From Phoronis australis (taxonomy: Eukaryota > Animalia > Phoronida), in the NCBI GenBank assembly GCA_002633005.1, contig NMRA01000655.1, forward strand, positions 171,526 to 225,853: a stretch of DNA of 54,328 nt. Direction: 5' to 3'. Positions 36,995 to 48,900 of the stretch are shown here, piece after piece. The translations under genes and the position numbers were made by a program. The first letter of the stretch is position 1; every line of letters starts with the position of its first letter. A model generated the notes under the pieces. It saw only the letters and a program-made list of their open reading frames with translations. It was not told where the DNA came from and did no database searches.

Positions 36995-38337
36995 CGCGTG
37001 TACTTTGGATGTCATGCCAACTTACTGCTAGTTTTCAAAGAAAGTTGATGAATTTCGTTGAAATTCACCTACCTTTCAGGGGTTCAAGCCTTCAAAAGCA
37101 GGACATCCAAAGTGGGTTACTCAATTTCTCAGGGTGTGGATGGCTATCGCACAACAGAGTATTATGACCCCGTGCGATATCACTGTTAAACTCTGGTATG
37201 ATGCAGAGGAGACATGGTGCTGCAATATTTTTTTGTTCATTTTGTACAATTTTCTGAACTAATTGTTTTATTCTGTACAGGCCAACTTAAAGAAAGACCC
37301 AGATGATTTGTTTACTCTACTTGAGCGTTCAAATGCAGAAAAGGGTATCCTAGCTAGAGTGTCTAAATTTTAGTCAGGGTATCCATTTGAATGCCCTAGA
37401 ACCCAATAGATGAAGGCATACTGGCTTAGCCAACATCCAAAAGGAAACCAGATAAAAATGAAATCTTACTTAACAGCTGGTTGAAAAACCTGTTGTTTGA
37501 AATACCACCACCATTGACATAGCATATCTAAATATTTGAATACTTATATTAGATATTAACTGCATGTATTTATAATACTACTTTCATCTATGTACTGTCT
37601 ACAACACAGGTATAATGCTTTGTGATTTCAGGGTTTGTCATTATTTTGGGCGTATGTTCTGTGTATTCTTCAAAAAATCTATATCACCTTAAAAATTGAC
37701 AAGAAGAATTATTGTAAACTGTTTTTGAAAACTACAGCAGCTGCAAAAGTTTAGCCAGATATGCCAACTTAAAACATCAAGCGTACTTAAAAATAAATTG
37801 TGTGTACTATATATTGAGTTAAACCTCTTCTACAATTATTCTACTTGAGAAAGTATTCCTGCATCAATTATTTCAGGAGACATATATTTCAGCAACTTAA
37901 TTTCTGTGGTGCAGTTGTAGTGTAACTGCCTATATTTAGGTGGTGCTCTGGGGAAATACCATGTACTTGGTACCACAACAAGCATCATTGATTGGTTGCA
38001 CAATGCTTTCAGGGAAAAAACACTCACATCACAGCTATTTATTTGTGTAAAGTGACATTGAAAAATATCATATTTTAGTGACATCTCTGGTCATAGTATA
38101 TAAAGAGCCAACAGCCAGATAGGCATAGGGGTATAGGGGATATTCTCCTATATCCCTATGCCCCTAGGCCTATCCTATGCGGGAACAGACTAGCTTTTTA
38201 TTTGAATGTCTAGTAATCAGAAAGGACACCAGCAGAAGGAATGGCTATTTACACCAGAGAGTATGAAGGCCTACTTGTGACAAATGAATCTAGTACTATT
38301 GTCTGGGTACATGTTGTTGGTAAGAAGGCCTACTTAC

Positions 38338-38408
38338 ATGTGTGAGAAATTTGTAGCAATCGTTGTGATAGTGGCCAACCATGACAGCAAGGTATACCAG
38401 TCGGTCAT
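38338..38408 (-). CDS. SLC50A1: SLC50A1 first coding exon (MTDWYTLLSWLATITTIATNFSH)
   Basis: ATG with A at -3 and gtaagt donor, phase 2. An acceptor cag at 38440-38442 implies an upstream 5' UTR exon. Confidence 0.85.
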
Positions 38409-38851
38409 TGTGATGAGTTACATCTTTCTAATTATTCACCTGTAACTGAAAGGTAATTTTAACATCAGAACCAACAAGTGAGTTTATAAAAACAGGGTTT
38501 TTAACCAAGAACCATACGAATTTAATCACATGTTCGTAAGTTATGACGATATTCAAGTCACATTGAACATAAAATCATAATTTCTCCTGGATATGGAGGG
38601 ATATGACGTTATATTCACTGGCGTGAGCTGTTTAAAAACGACCACTTGCCAACTTGGGCAACGGAACGAAGGACTGTACGAAAAAAAATTGATAACTGCA
38701 GTATTTGTTAGAGCAGGAAGAAATTAAAGACAGCAATTGCCTCAAAAGTCAAAAGTGTCCCTCTGTGTGCAATGAGGTACTTGTAATTAACACGACTGAT
38801 GGTTTACTAGAGAGTAGTGTGCGGCAAAATGAGCTGAAAAGCTTTCAGCAT

Positions 38852-38983
38852 ATGGATACCCTATGGAATGGATACCCTATGGGATGGATACCCTATGGAA
38901 TGGATACCCTATGGGATGGATACCCTATGGGATGGATACCCTATGGGATGGATACCCTATGGGATGGATACCCTATGGGATGG
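38852..38983. repeat. 16-bp minisatellite, 8 copies
   Basis: Unit atggataccctatgg(g/a). Confidence 0.93.
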
Positions 38984-39342
38984 CCACCGTCTCTAGTGCT
39001 AGTTGAGACGGTGATACTGTGTGTCAAGTCTATGCATTTATATCAGCTGGTGTACGCCACAGGCATACAGGGGCGATAGTAACACCCCTTCTGGGGTCAG
39101 CACTTATGGTAACGGCAATTTCTCGCTTCATAGTGAGATCTCGTGTAGGTGCTGCCGCTTGTTGTCTGCAAGTGACAATGTCAAATTGATGAATAGAAGA
39201 GTATTTCGGCAGCAAACGGCCTGGTGTGAGCTGGTGCGATGGTATTAAATTACCCACGGGATAAAACTGAACTGAGATGAGCTGCCTCAAACATGCAATA
39301 TGAAAACAAGGATTAATTTTTTGCATATTACATGAATCTCTC

Positions 39343-39822
39343 TAGCCTTGGTGCAAAGCTGTATACTGAATTTACAGCTTTGCGAGGATGTGGGTAAAAA
39401 ATTGGCCAAATAAAATTTGACAAAAAATTGGTGTCACTAAAAACACACTCTTCCTCTAGTAAACCAAATTATTTACCGATGTTGGAAAAATTAGCGTTCT
39501 ACCGTTATTCTGCTGCTTAAGTTGTGGAGTGATCTTTTGCATCGGCTTTCGGCGCCATGAAATATTGCCCAGTCTCTTTTTTTGCCGATTCTTCAATCAA
39601 CTGTTGTTCATTCACAAGGTTGTGTACATGTCACAACAAATCACCGGAACTGGTTTCACTTCATTTTAAGTTTTCAAAATTTTAGCAAACCAAATTTCAG
39701 ATCAAATTTTGCTGTTGTGAAGCTGTCACCATCTCCCAAGAAATGTCGCAAAAATTTAGGAAATGGAGCGTGCGCGTGTCACGAGCATACTGTTTTCAAA
39801 ATGACGACATACTTTTCTTCAT
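39343..39822 (-). repeat. Dispersed repeat; inverted copy of 43468-43950, with a terminal hairpin
   Basis: Shared 'ccgattcttcaatcaactgttgt', 'tgtcgcaaaaatttaggaaatgg' and terminus tagccttggt.caaag.tgtata. Confidence 0.75.
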
Positions 39823-40199
39823 TACAAAATTCAGAAAATTACACAAGCAAATTAAGTTAATTAGATTGTTTTTCACTTAAACCACTGTAAGGGGCAAGGT
39901 GGGTGTCGGTTGAGTCCCAGATTTTGAATGCACCCCCACCAGTCTTTAGCTCTACATGTTGATACAAGTTTCACGACGAGGTGACGAGCACAACTACCAG
40001 AGCTGTGTGCAATTTTGAGATCTGTTGGAGCTCAACACACACACAGTGGTATATAGCAGTATATTGATGATAGTCTTCATACAGGTATATGGCTGGCTAG
40101 AATCTCTCCAAATTCATTACTAACTAATACCAATTTTCAGCACATAATTTGTTGTGTCAAATGATGTTTGAGACTTGACACTGACAGGTTTTCACTTAA

Positions 40200-41241
40200 G
40201 GGAATAAGAAGCGCGGTAGACGCCTTGAAGAAGGAGTTTCTTATCTATTTTTAAATCAAAATACATCACATATACTAAGTCAGCTCACTAAATGTTGCAA
40301 GTGTAAAAACTGGATCCTCTATTATCCGAGAGAAAAGGTGCCTGTGCCTTGTTAGAAGAGATTATTCTTGGGGTGAGGGAAACATTCTATCTCCTGATCA
40401 TCATCAATAGCACCCCCACCTAGTTGCAACACCTCAGAGGTTGTGCCTCAAGCAGCCAAAAGTAACATTTTGCACTCTTTCAAATTGTGACCTGTGTGAG
40501 TTACAAATGATTCGAACCTCGAGGGCAATCACTTGAGTGGAATTTTTGGACCTCATTAGGGGATTTTCGCCTGATTTTTCAATATTTTTCTGAGAGGAAT
40601 GGGGTCAATATTTGGCCCCAAAATCAAGGGATAGAGGGCCTTGAAAAAGTTTTTGAGAGACTGTGACGCGTTCGCATTTCAGCGCCGGCTGAAAGAAAAC
40701 AAGGTAAAGTAAATGTCAATTTGTTATTTAATGAGTTTTATATTGATTGACTCCACTGCATGATTCAGCTTTATTTTGTAAGCCACAACTTATGTTAATG
40801 TTTTTGGACCTAAATGTCTTGATCATCAAAAAGCCCATGCGGCCGGAGTACCTCGACCGTAATCTAATTTTTTTAAGGTCAACATAATTTAAATGCCCAT
40901 GCGGTCAGCGTACAAACGTGATCAACTTGGGTATAGGGGAACCTCTGCCCAAACTTTTTATATCCGTAATAACAAAACCCATGTTGACTGACATCCCCTC
41001 CAACTTATTAAGTTGAGAATATGACCTTGGAATAATGATCATTTGTTTTTTTCTGAGGCTAACGTCTTTTCTTATAGTACATTTATAAAAAGGATCTGTG
41101 TATAACATGAAAAATAAAAAAGTTCGGTCCCTGAAACTACATATTTTCATCAATTGGGGGATTGGGAAAAGAGGTATTTGGCTAATAATTTTTGAAAATG
41201 GCTAAAGTTTTCAGATGCTTTAGCCATTTTGCCTAATACCT
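40200..41241. mobile_element. Possible TTAA-flanked element with short imperfect TIRs (Kolobok-type)
   Basis: TTAA|GGGAATAAG ... CTAATACCT|TTAA. The TIR match is weak. Confidence 0.3.
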
Positions 41242-42240
41242 TTAAATGTCTAGCACGAGCCTAGTTTCCCACGTTACTTTTTGCAAGTGTCACGTGACAG
41301 GTCGTGCTCTTCGCTCAGTCTCGTGCTAATCGTTGCCAAAGTTTTCCACGACATCTTGAAATACTTTGTTTTATTTGTGCTTATCATGCACGGTGAAAAA
41401 GTTAGTGGCCACCAAACAAGTGGAGTTGAAATTCGTCGCCTAAAAGCCCTAAATAATTGTAACAGACATGCTTTTTCAAGTGACATTTTAAACTGTAAAA
41501 CATATGTTTGACGAAGTGAAAACCTCTAATTTGGTGAAGAAACAACACAAGACGAGATTAGTACAGGAAAGTGATGCAGAGTGGCACCTAGGCTAGTCGA
41601 GGGGCTACAACGAGTACGAGTAAGACTAGGCAATTACATCGTCCTCGATAACGAAGGCAAACAGGGGCATTAGTACATTCCCACAAAAAGTTACGAGTTT
41701 CAAAATACAGCAAATAAAATCAAATGAAACATGCACATAATGCACATGCAGTTATAAAACATACCATAAGTCTGGAGACGATTCAATCAAGGTAATTTGA
41801 ACAAATCGATGAAAATCTGTTGCAGTTTGCTTGAGTTTGTCTTACCGGATGCCATTTTCATGGAGGAAGTTACGTGAAATCACGCATGTTGATGAATAAA
41901 AAGCCCAGGGGACACAAATCTTACAAATTTCATCTGATACCTTCCGATGCGATTTTGCAATTGTTACGCGCTAGCGTCACGCGCTTCTCTCAATCTCGTG
42001 CTAGCCTTTGCCTAACTCACGTAACTCAGTTTAAATACTTTGTGGTTATCACGCGCGCGTGGTGAAAAAGTTAACGCGGTGATCAAAAAAGTGGAGTTGG
42101 AATTTTTCGCCAAAGTCACTTTCATTCTCATAACTAAAACTAAGCTTCATCAGAGATATGTGTAGAAGTAGAAACGACCACTGAAGAAATTAAGCGCTTA
42201 AAGTGATAGTTTTAAGTGTGGTCACTGTGGAATGTATTTT

Positions 42241-45227
42241 GGCACTAGTCGGATATAATGGACCCTAACTTATTCCAAATAAATCCACTAAATGTATGTC
42301 TAAATGAATGATTTTGGTATCGTTGCATTCCTCAGACATCTGGCTATCCGTACAAACCCTTTTCATGACCCTCAATTACTCTAGTCCATAACTATGCCAT
42401 TCTGAACTTGGTACACTTTAGCGTTAGCCACGCGCATTGTGAAATCGGCAGCCATTTCAGGGAACTTACTATATCTAGCGCCATCTGTCGGCGATTTGCT
42501 ACAACACGCGCTGTTCCTTTTTCATCAGTCAACATGGACGACGATAACATGATGATGACAGATACGATCGTGAGAGAGACGACAAAGGTGATGACGAGAG
42601 CAGATGATTAATAACGACTGACGTTAATAATATTGACGAAATCGACCAATGACGTTGACTGATGAAAAAGGAACAGCGCATGTTGTAGCAAATCGCTGAT
42701 AGATGTCGCTAGATACAGTAAGTTCCCTGAAATGGCTGCCGATTTCACGATGCGCGTGGCTAAAGTGGACCGAGTTCGGAACAGCGTAGGCGTAGCTATA
42801 GACTAGAGTAATTGAGCAGGGCTCAACATTAACTTTTTAAGTTGAAATTTTTACTTGCCCGAACAACGAATTCACTTGCCCCATTAGTGCAATCCCAAAT
42901 ACCACCGTGCATGTGCACACCTAGGAAATGTGTTACCGTAGGGCTGCCTGTGCTGAGCCTCCTCTTGTGTTGTGCACGCTATATACATGAGTTGCTATTT
43001 TTTTAACGATTCTTCTTACAGAACATTTATTTATAAGGTGTGTCAAAACACTAGAGAGACAAATTAGAAGAGTAACTATGGTATCTGAACCATTGTCACA
43101 CGTTCACAGGCGCCGAAATGAGCTAGGGCATGAACTCTAGACACTTCTGTGTATTCATTAGTTTATACGCCCTCATGCATTAAACTAGCCAGCCAGCTAG
43201 CTGTATGAAGACTGTCGTCAAAACACAGCTAGGTCCCACTGCGTGTATTTCTTCCGTAGACAGCGAAATTGCACACAGCCAAGGTAGTTCTACTCGTCAC
43301 CGCGCCATGAAACTTGTATCAACATGTAAAGCTAAAGACCGGACGGTGTGCATGCAAAATCTGGGAGTCAACCAACACTCACCTTGCCCGTTACAGCCGT
43401 TTAAGTGAAAAGCAATGCAATAAACTTCATTTTCTTGCGTAACTCTCTGCCTTTTCTAACAATGAAAAGTATTTCATCGTTTTGAAAACAGTACGCTCGT
43501 GTCACGCACACGCGCCATTTCCTAAATTTTTGCGACATCTCTCAGGAGACAATGATAGCTTGGAAGCAACAAAATTTCTTCTGAAATTTGATTTTTCGGT
43601 ACCAAAATTCTAAAAACTTTTAATGAGGTGAAACCAGTTCTGATAATTTGTTGTGACGTGTACGCAACCTCGTGAAAGAACAACAGTTGATTGAAGAATC
43701 GGCGAAACTAAGAAACTGGCAACGCAAAATTTCATAGCGCCGAAAGCGGTTGCTAAAGATCGCTCCACAACTTTAGCAGCAGAATAACGGTAGTACGCCA
43801 TTTTTGCCAACACCGTTAAATAATTTAAATTACTCAAGGAAGACTGTAGTTTTTAATGACGCTAATTTTGTGTCAGATTTTATCTTACCACTTTTTTACC
43901 CGCATCGGTGCAAAGCTGTATATTCATATACATCTTTGTACCAAGGCTAGCATTAAACTTGAGTTGTTGCTAACCAGCCTCCCGTTCAGTAGCGCTAGGA
44001 CCTCGCTAAAAAGCAAGACTTCGCGAGATTACGTGAGAAATTGCCGTGTATTTTAAATGAGAACACGTGACTTTGACTAGGTTTTAGCTAGGTCCTAGCG
44101 TCTACTGAACACATGCCTGAATTTCAGTTTTTGCTATCCCTAAAAATCTTGCACAATTTTGGTCATGCGTACCTTGTATTAAATTAAAATCAAATTTTAA
44201 CATATAATAACGCCACATATACTTTTATTTTCAATAAATAATTACATTTTTGAAAAATAGATAGACCGCGAAAAAGTCACCCTTCAGACTTCAGAGCGGC
44301 AATCCCTAAGACCGTATTCCTCTTCTTTCGGGAGTCGGCACCGGGAGCCGGGAATTCATAAGAATGTCCTTTGGAATTCCCCCTGAATAAATACCAGGCC
44401 TTTTAAACTGCTGTGTAGTGTAGAAAATATGTCGTCAATCATTCACTTTTTAGCTTTTGCACTTATCTGTATGACTTACATCCGCTGACGAACGCGGTGC
44501 TTCCAGCTGTCATGGGTAAACGCCGGCAAAAATCAAACGTCATCCCTTGTTCACTGTCTAGCAGGCCAGAAAACCTAATTTCCCATGACGGAACCCATCC
44601 CCGCACTTTTCGTTTGATATTATTGCTTTCATTCTTCCTGAACTCGTTTTTTAGCAACTAAACCAATGCCGTCGAGGCCTGGACGGGTTCCATGTTACGA
44701 CGTTTTGCCAGAGTGCAGACGATCAGTAGTAGTATCACGCAACAACTTATTCAGAAACTGCAGGGCACGTTCAGAGAATCGAAAGGATTTAACAGCGAGC
44801 GTCATCTGTGCACGCTGCAACACACTCGTTCTATTTTCCTTTCGGTGCTCATTCGAAGACGAAAGTTTCGATCTTTGACGGCCACGGGCTTTTTCGACGG
44901 TTTTTAGGCTTGTGTCGGGGTTCGTTACTTTGGAGTTTGGAGCAAATGTCGAGCAGACAATCTTAGGATCTACTTGCCTATGCGGCTAGCTTTTTAACTT
45001 GCCCATCGGGCAAGTACTTTTCAAATTCCACTTGCCCGACGCAAAATCTACATGTACACGGGCAATCGGGCAACCGTTAGCGTTGAGCCCTGTTGAGGGT
45101 TGTGAAAATGATTTGTACGAATAGCCAGATGTCTGAGGAATGCAACGATACCAAAATCATTCATTTAGACCTACATTTAGTGGATTTATTTGGAATAAGT
45201 TAGGGTCCATTATATCCGACTAGTGCC
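42241..45227. mobile_element. Foldback (near-palindromic, ~700 bp) element interrupted by a hAT-like insertion
   Basis: 42241-42370 is the reverse complement of 45098-45227, and 42370-42533 pairs with 42653-42816. No TSD recognised. Confidence 0.8.
42817..45092 (-). mobile_element. Non-autonomous hAT-like element with 5-bp TSD and a transposase N-terminal zinc-finger remnant
   Basis: TIR CAGGGCTCAAC / GTTGAGCCCTG, TSD TTGAG, subterminal cttgccc repeats. 44463-44657(-) reads KRKVRGWVPSW..F..L....GM..DFCR...FVSGCKSYR, resembling a TTF-type finger. Confidence 0.8.
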
Positions 45228-45724
45228 TCGACAAGGTGAAAAGTCTTAATCGGTGACCGGTTTTGGCCTACCGCCCGTTTAAAATACACGGGACGAAATT
45301 CGTACAGAAAGCGATGGGAAGTATTGTAGCCCCTGGGCTAACCGACCAACCGAGGGCGAGGGGGGGTTAGTGTTGCCTAGACTGGAGTCGAGAGTAGAGT
45401 AAGACCTGTTGCCTATGGCTATAGACTATAGAGCCTGGCTAGAGTGCTCACGGATTTTTCATCACTGGCTTCCGAGACAAGGTCTGGGTGATCTAGGGTC
45501 TCGGAGACAGACTGGTATATTAAAACTTACAGTTACTAACGCTTCCATGTCAAGGCCAGAGGCGGCTGAGCAGAGAGGTGGCCTGTACACGTGGAACACT
45601 CTCCAGCTGTTTTATTCTCCGTCTGTATGCACTGACACAGCGCCACCTAGCACTACTTGCGGAAGTGACCATTAGCAGAGACCTCTATCAACAGGACTAG
45701 AAAGCACTCTGCTCGCAATTACTG

Positions 45725-46205
45725 AGGGCTAGCCACGAGCTCTGCAGGTCGCATTTGAAACCTGAAGTTTGGAAATGCGAGCTGAAATTTTTGTCAGCTC
45801 GTATCAAGTCGCAAAATGCGACCTGGATTTTCCAACGTATGGGAGCTGAATTTTTACACTTCCCGGCAGATACCTGGCAAATATAAAGCAACTCTGGACC
45901 CGCGGTGGTATCCATGCACTGAAGTTCAAACAATAACCGAGAACAGCCCTCCCGATCGGATGACTTCTAAGCAAGTCGCGTGAACGTGTGATATGAAGAA
46001 TCGATCTTTGACGCGTTTCATTGGCTAACATTTTCGGCCACTTTTGCAAATTTCCAGATTCACCGAAGAAAGTTTCGGGCCACCGCATAACACGTGATAA
46101 AACGTCACACTAATTACAGCCGCGTGTTTCCACTAATTCTTGAGAGATCAACTTACCAAACTTTGTGGTGGACAAATATGTTTATTCTTCGAGTAAGATG
46201 TTCAG
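45725..46205 (+). repeat. Dispersed transposon-end repeat, copy of ~48440-48900; related gtcgca/tgcgac motifs also at 50480-50588
   Basis: Shared 'aaatgcgagctga.atttttgtcagctcgtatcaagtcgcaaaatgcgacctgga' and several hundred further bases. Confidence 0.8.
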
Positions 46206-46271
46206 GTTACCCTTCCACAGGACCGTCAGGGCAAAAGCTGTACAATAGCAATAATTGGAATAATGTATATG

Positions 46272-47180
46272 CAGTGGCGTATCTAGGATATCACAAATTA
46301 GGGGGGTGGCCGGGGCCCAACATTTCGTCTGTAAACATTTGCTCAAAGCACGATTGTAGAGATACATGTATATGGCACGAATGGGGGGAGGTCGGGAGGG
46401 GGGTTTGCCTCCGTCCCGCCCAGGAAATTTTTCTGTTTGCTCCTATAAAAATCAAGCATTTTCCTTGATTCCCGAAGTATTATCCAAGAAAAAAAAGGCA
46501 AAAAATAAACTGCAAGGGCAATAGACTCGAACTCACGACATGGCGGATAGATCGCGCGTGCTTTACTACAATTTACTACTTATTTGATACTACGAGACCT
46601 ACTTGCATATGGTCCACAGCGTTTGCGCGCGAAACCTTCTTTTTGTAATGCGTATTACATATGTTTTATATTTTGTGCAATCAGTTCGTAACAAATTTGT
46701 TGTATTTTAAATAGTCTTCAATTGCCCAAAAGACCAAATCCGGTTTTTTGTGTTGGCAATAATGACGCGATTGCCTTGGAAATCGTGTTAAGTTAAGGTT
46801 TGACAAAGAGAAAATTATGAGTTTCTGAGTGATTCACTAAGGCTTCGATTAACACTGACATCTTACCAACAGCTTCTGTTTTTTCATCATCACAAACATT
46901 CCATTTTCTTTAAAAATGAAGTAATTTTCTTCATTGCACAGTGGAGCTGCAGACGACGGAAACGCAGTCGTAGTGTGCAGCGTCACTGCCGGTCGCCTGA
47001 GATATCGCGGGAGAGCCATAGTTCCGTTACGATTGCGCCATGTTCCGAATTTGACACTTGAAATTGGATCTGAGCCGCCCTCCCGAACACTAAAACTGCA
47101 CACATTTAAATCTTGTTTCAGCCGTATAATTTTAATTACCGGGGTTAATTAATAAACTCAACATTCCTACGCTCTTGCTA
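46272..47180. mobile_element. hAT-like MITE copy (terminus cagtggcgtatctaggatatc), far end truncated
   Basis: Reverse complement of 51320-51694 and 14329-14621; the distal part matches 10243-10600. Confidence 0.7.
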
Positions 47181-47944
47181 GGTTCCCTTAAGCCTAACAT
47201 CTGACAATAGGATATAAATTGAGTTGTATTGTTTCACAACAGTTTTCTGTCAGCAACCATTGAATTAGCATGCGCCGCTCACACGGCCACGGTGCCCGGT
47301 CAGTTAGTTTATTGCATCTAAAGACGGTAACGCAGTGATTTATTCATTGCTGGTTTCTCAAAACATTTGCACTGACGAACACTCCAAGGCATTACACGTA
47401 CGTCATCTAATGAGACAGACTTTGTTTCAATTTGATATAAGTATTGGTTGGGAAGAGAATTATTCATTTTGCAACAGGACGCACAATAATAAAAGTTAAC
47501 GTGGCAACTCGCAATCTCGACTTCGACGAGTGCTGATCCGACGAAAACTTCACAGGTCGACCGTTAGGTTTCACAGGTTATCAATTCGAACCGGGATTAC
47601 ACTGATCAAGAAATAGGCCGTGAACGTGACAACGGAACATTGATAGACTAGTTCCGAAAACCGTTAGTGCTTGTCATGGTGTCACGATAATCACGCCTGA
47701 CACTTGCGTTTGCTGCCACGAAATTCCACGGACCACTCTTGGCTTTGCACCGCATCTGTACAGAGGTATGCTTAATTTGCGAAGTTCGGCAGAGGACAAA
47801 ACAGAAGCCTAACGAACGAGTCAGTCATCAAACACGCCTTGAATTAATTGTAATTGTTTATGTTTTCATGGCCAACTACAATTCACCATACTAAAAAATT
47901 AATCAACAACCGATCCGCGTTTCTTTGTTTTGTTGCCTGTCCAA

Positions 47945-48310
47945 CTTACGCAAACTCAGCACAACATCTGACTTCAGCCTCAGTCTCTTCTTCTGCCCTG
48001 GCATGAGCTGTTTGGTAAGCAGGTATTCGATCGTCAGCGAAATCCCTGGCGACGAAATGCCGGCCACTGACACTCACGGAAAACTTTCACGGCTTCATAC
48101 TTGGTATTAACGGCGTAGCTCTCATTCTTCACTACCGCGAGCCAATTCGGCCGCATTATGCGGTAGGCTCTCGAGGAAATCAAAAAAAAACAAAAAACAT
48201 TACCATATACCCGTTTTCCTCACAGCTTTATAGTTCACTCAAGCGGGAACGATACACCACACCGTAGCGGCACTCACTCTGCAGAAGAACCACTGACGTC
48301 GTTGAGTCGA
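47945..48310 (-). pseudogene. Degenerate THAP-domain remnant (transposon-derived)
   Basis: Minus-strand frames give VSGRHFVARDFADD then, after a frameshift, LMPGQKKRLRLKSDVVLSL followed by a gtaagt donor. This resembles THAP C-x-x-HF...RLK-x-x-AVPT. Confidence 0.45.
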
Positions 48311-48439
48311 TTCTCATCTTCCTCACAGGTTAACGCGACACCTCTCGGCGAGGTAAGATCCGCCGTATACGCCGAGGTGATGGATATAGATCGATTAAGA
48401 CGGTAAAAAGACTAATTAATCGGGTGGCTTTCCCTTGTA

Positions 48440-48900
48440 ACGCATTTGCGACCTGTAGTGAAATTGGAAATGCGAGCTGAGATTTTTGTCAGCTCGTATC
48501 AAGTCGCAAAATGCGACCTGGAATTTCCAACGAATGCGAGCTGAGTTTTTACACTTCTCAACAGATACCTGGCAAATACAAAGCAGCTCTTTTTAATCCG
48601 ACCATTATTTGGTTGTTGCCAAATCCAAGTTCAAAAGAACACTAACCGACAACATCCCCCCCGATGACTTATAAGCAAGTCGCGTGAACATGGGATATGC
48701 AGAATCGATCTTTGACGCGATTCATTGGCTAACACTTTCGGCCACTTTTGTAAATACCGGATTCGCCGAAGAAAGTTTCGGGCCACTGCTTAATACGTGA
48801 TAAAACTTCACAAAACAACGGTGTTTCTACTAATCCTTAAGCGATCAACTTACTAAACTTTGCGGTGGACAAGAAAGTTTATTTTTCACATAAGATGTCC
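48440..48900 (+). repeat. Second copy of the 45725-46205 repeat
   Basis: Direct sequence similarity. Confidence 0.8.

Larger units (their letters stand above)
23652..38408 (-). other. SLC50A1: Coding span of SWEET1/SLC50A1 sugar transporter gene (6 coding exons, 222 aa)
   Basis: Exons splice in phase into a 7-TM MtN3/saliva protein with KIKARGST, FPLL, W-x-x-YG, IIVN, YGSPL, VKTKSTESMPF, WTAYG, D-x-FI-x-VPN-x-x-G and QLLLF-x-IYP motifs. Confidence 0.92.

Noticed and set aside
38705-39079. ORF with GYPMGWIPYGMDTLW repeats
   Set aside because: Produced by a 16-bp minisatellite cycling through frames; non-ATG start and no other coding support.
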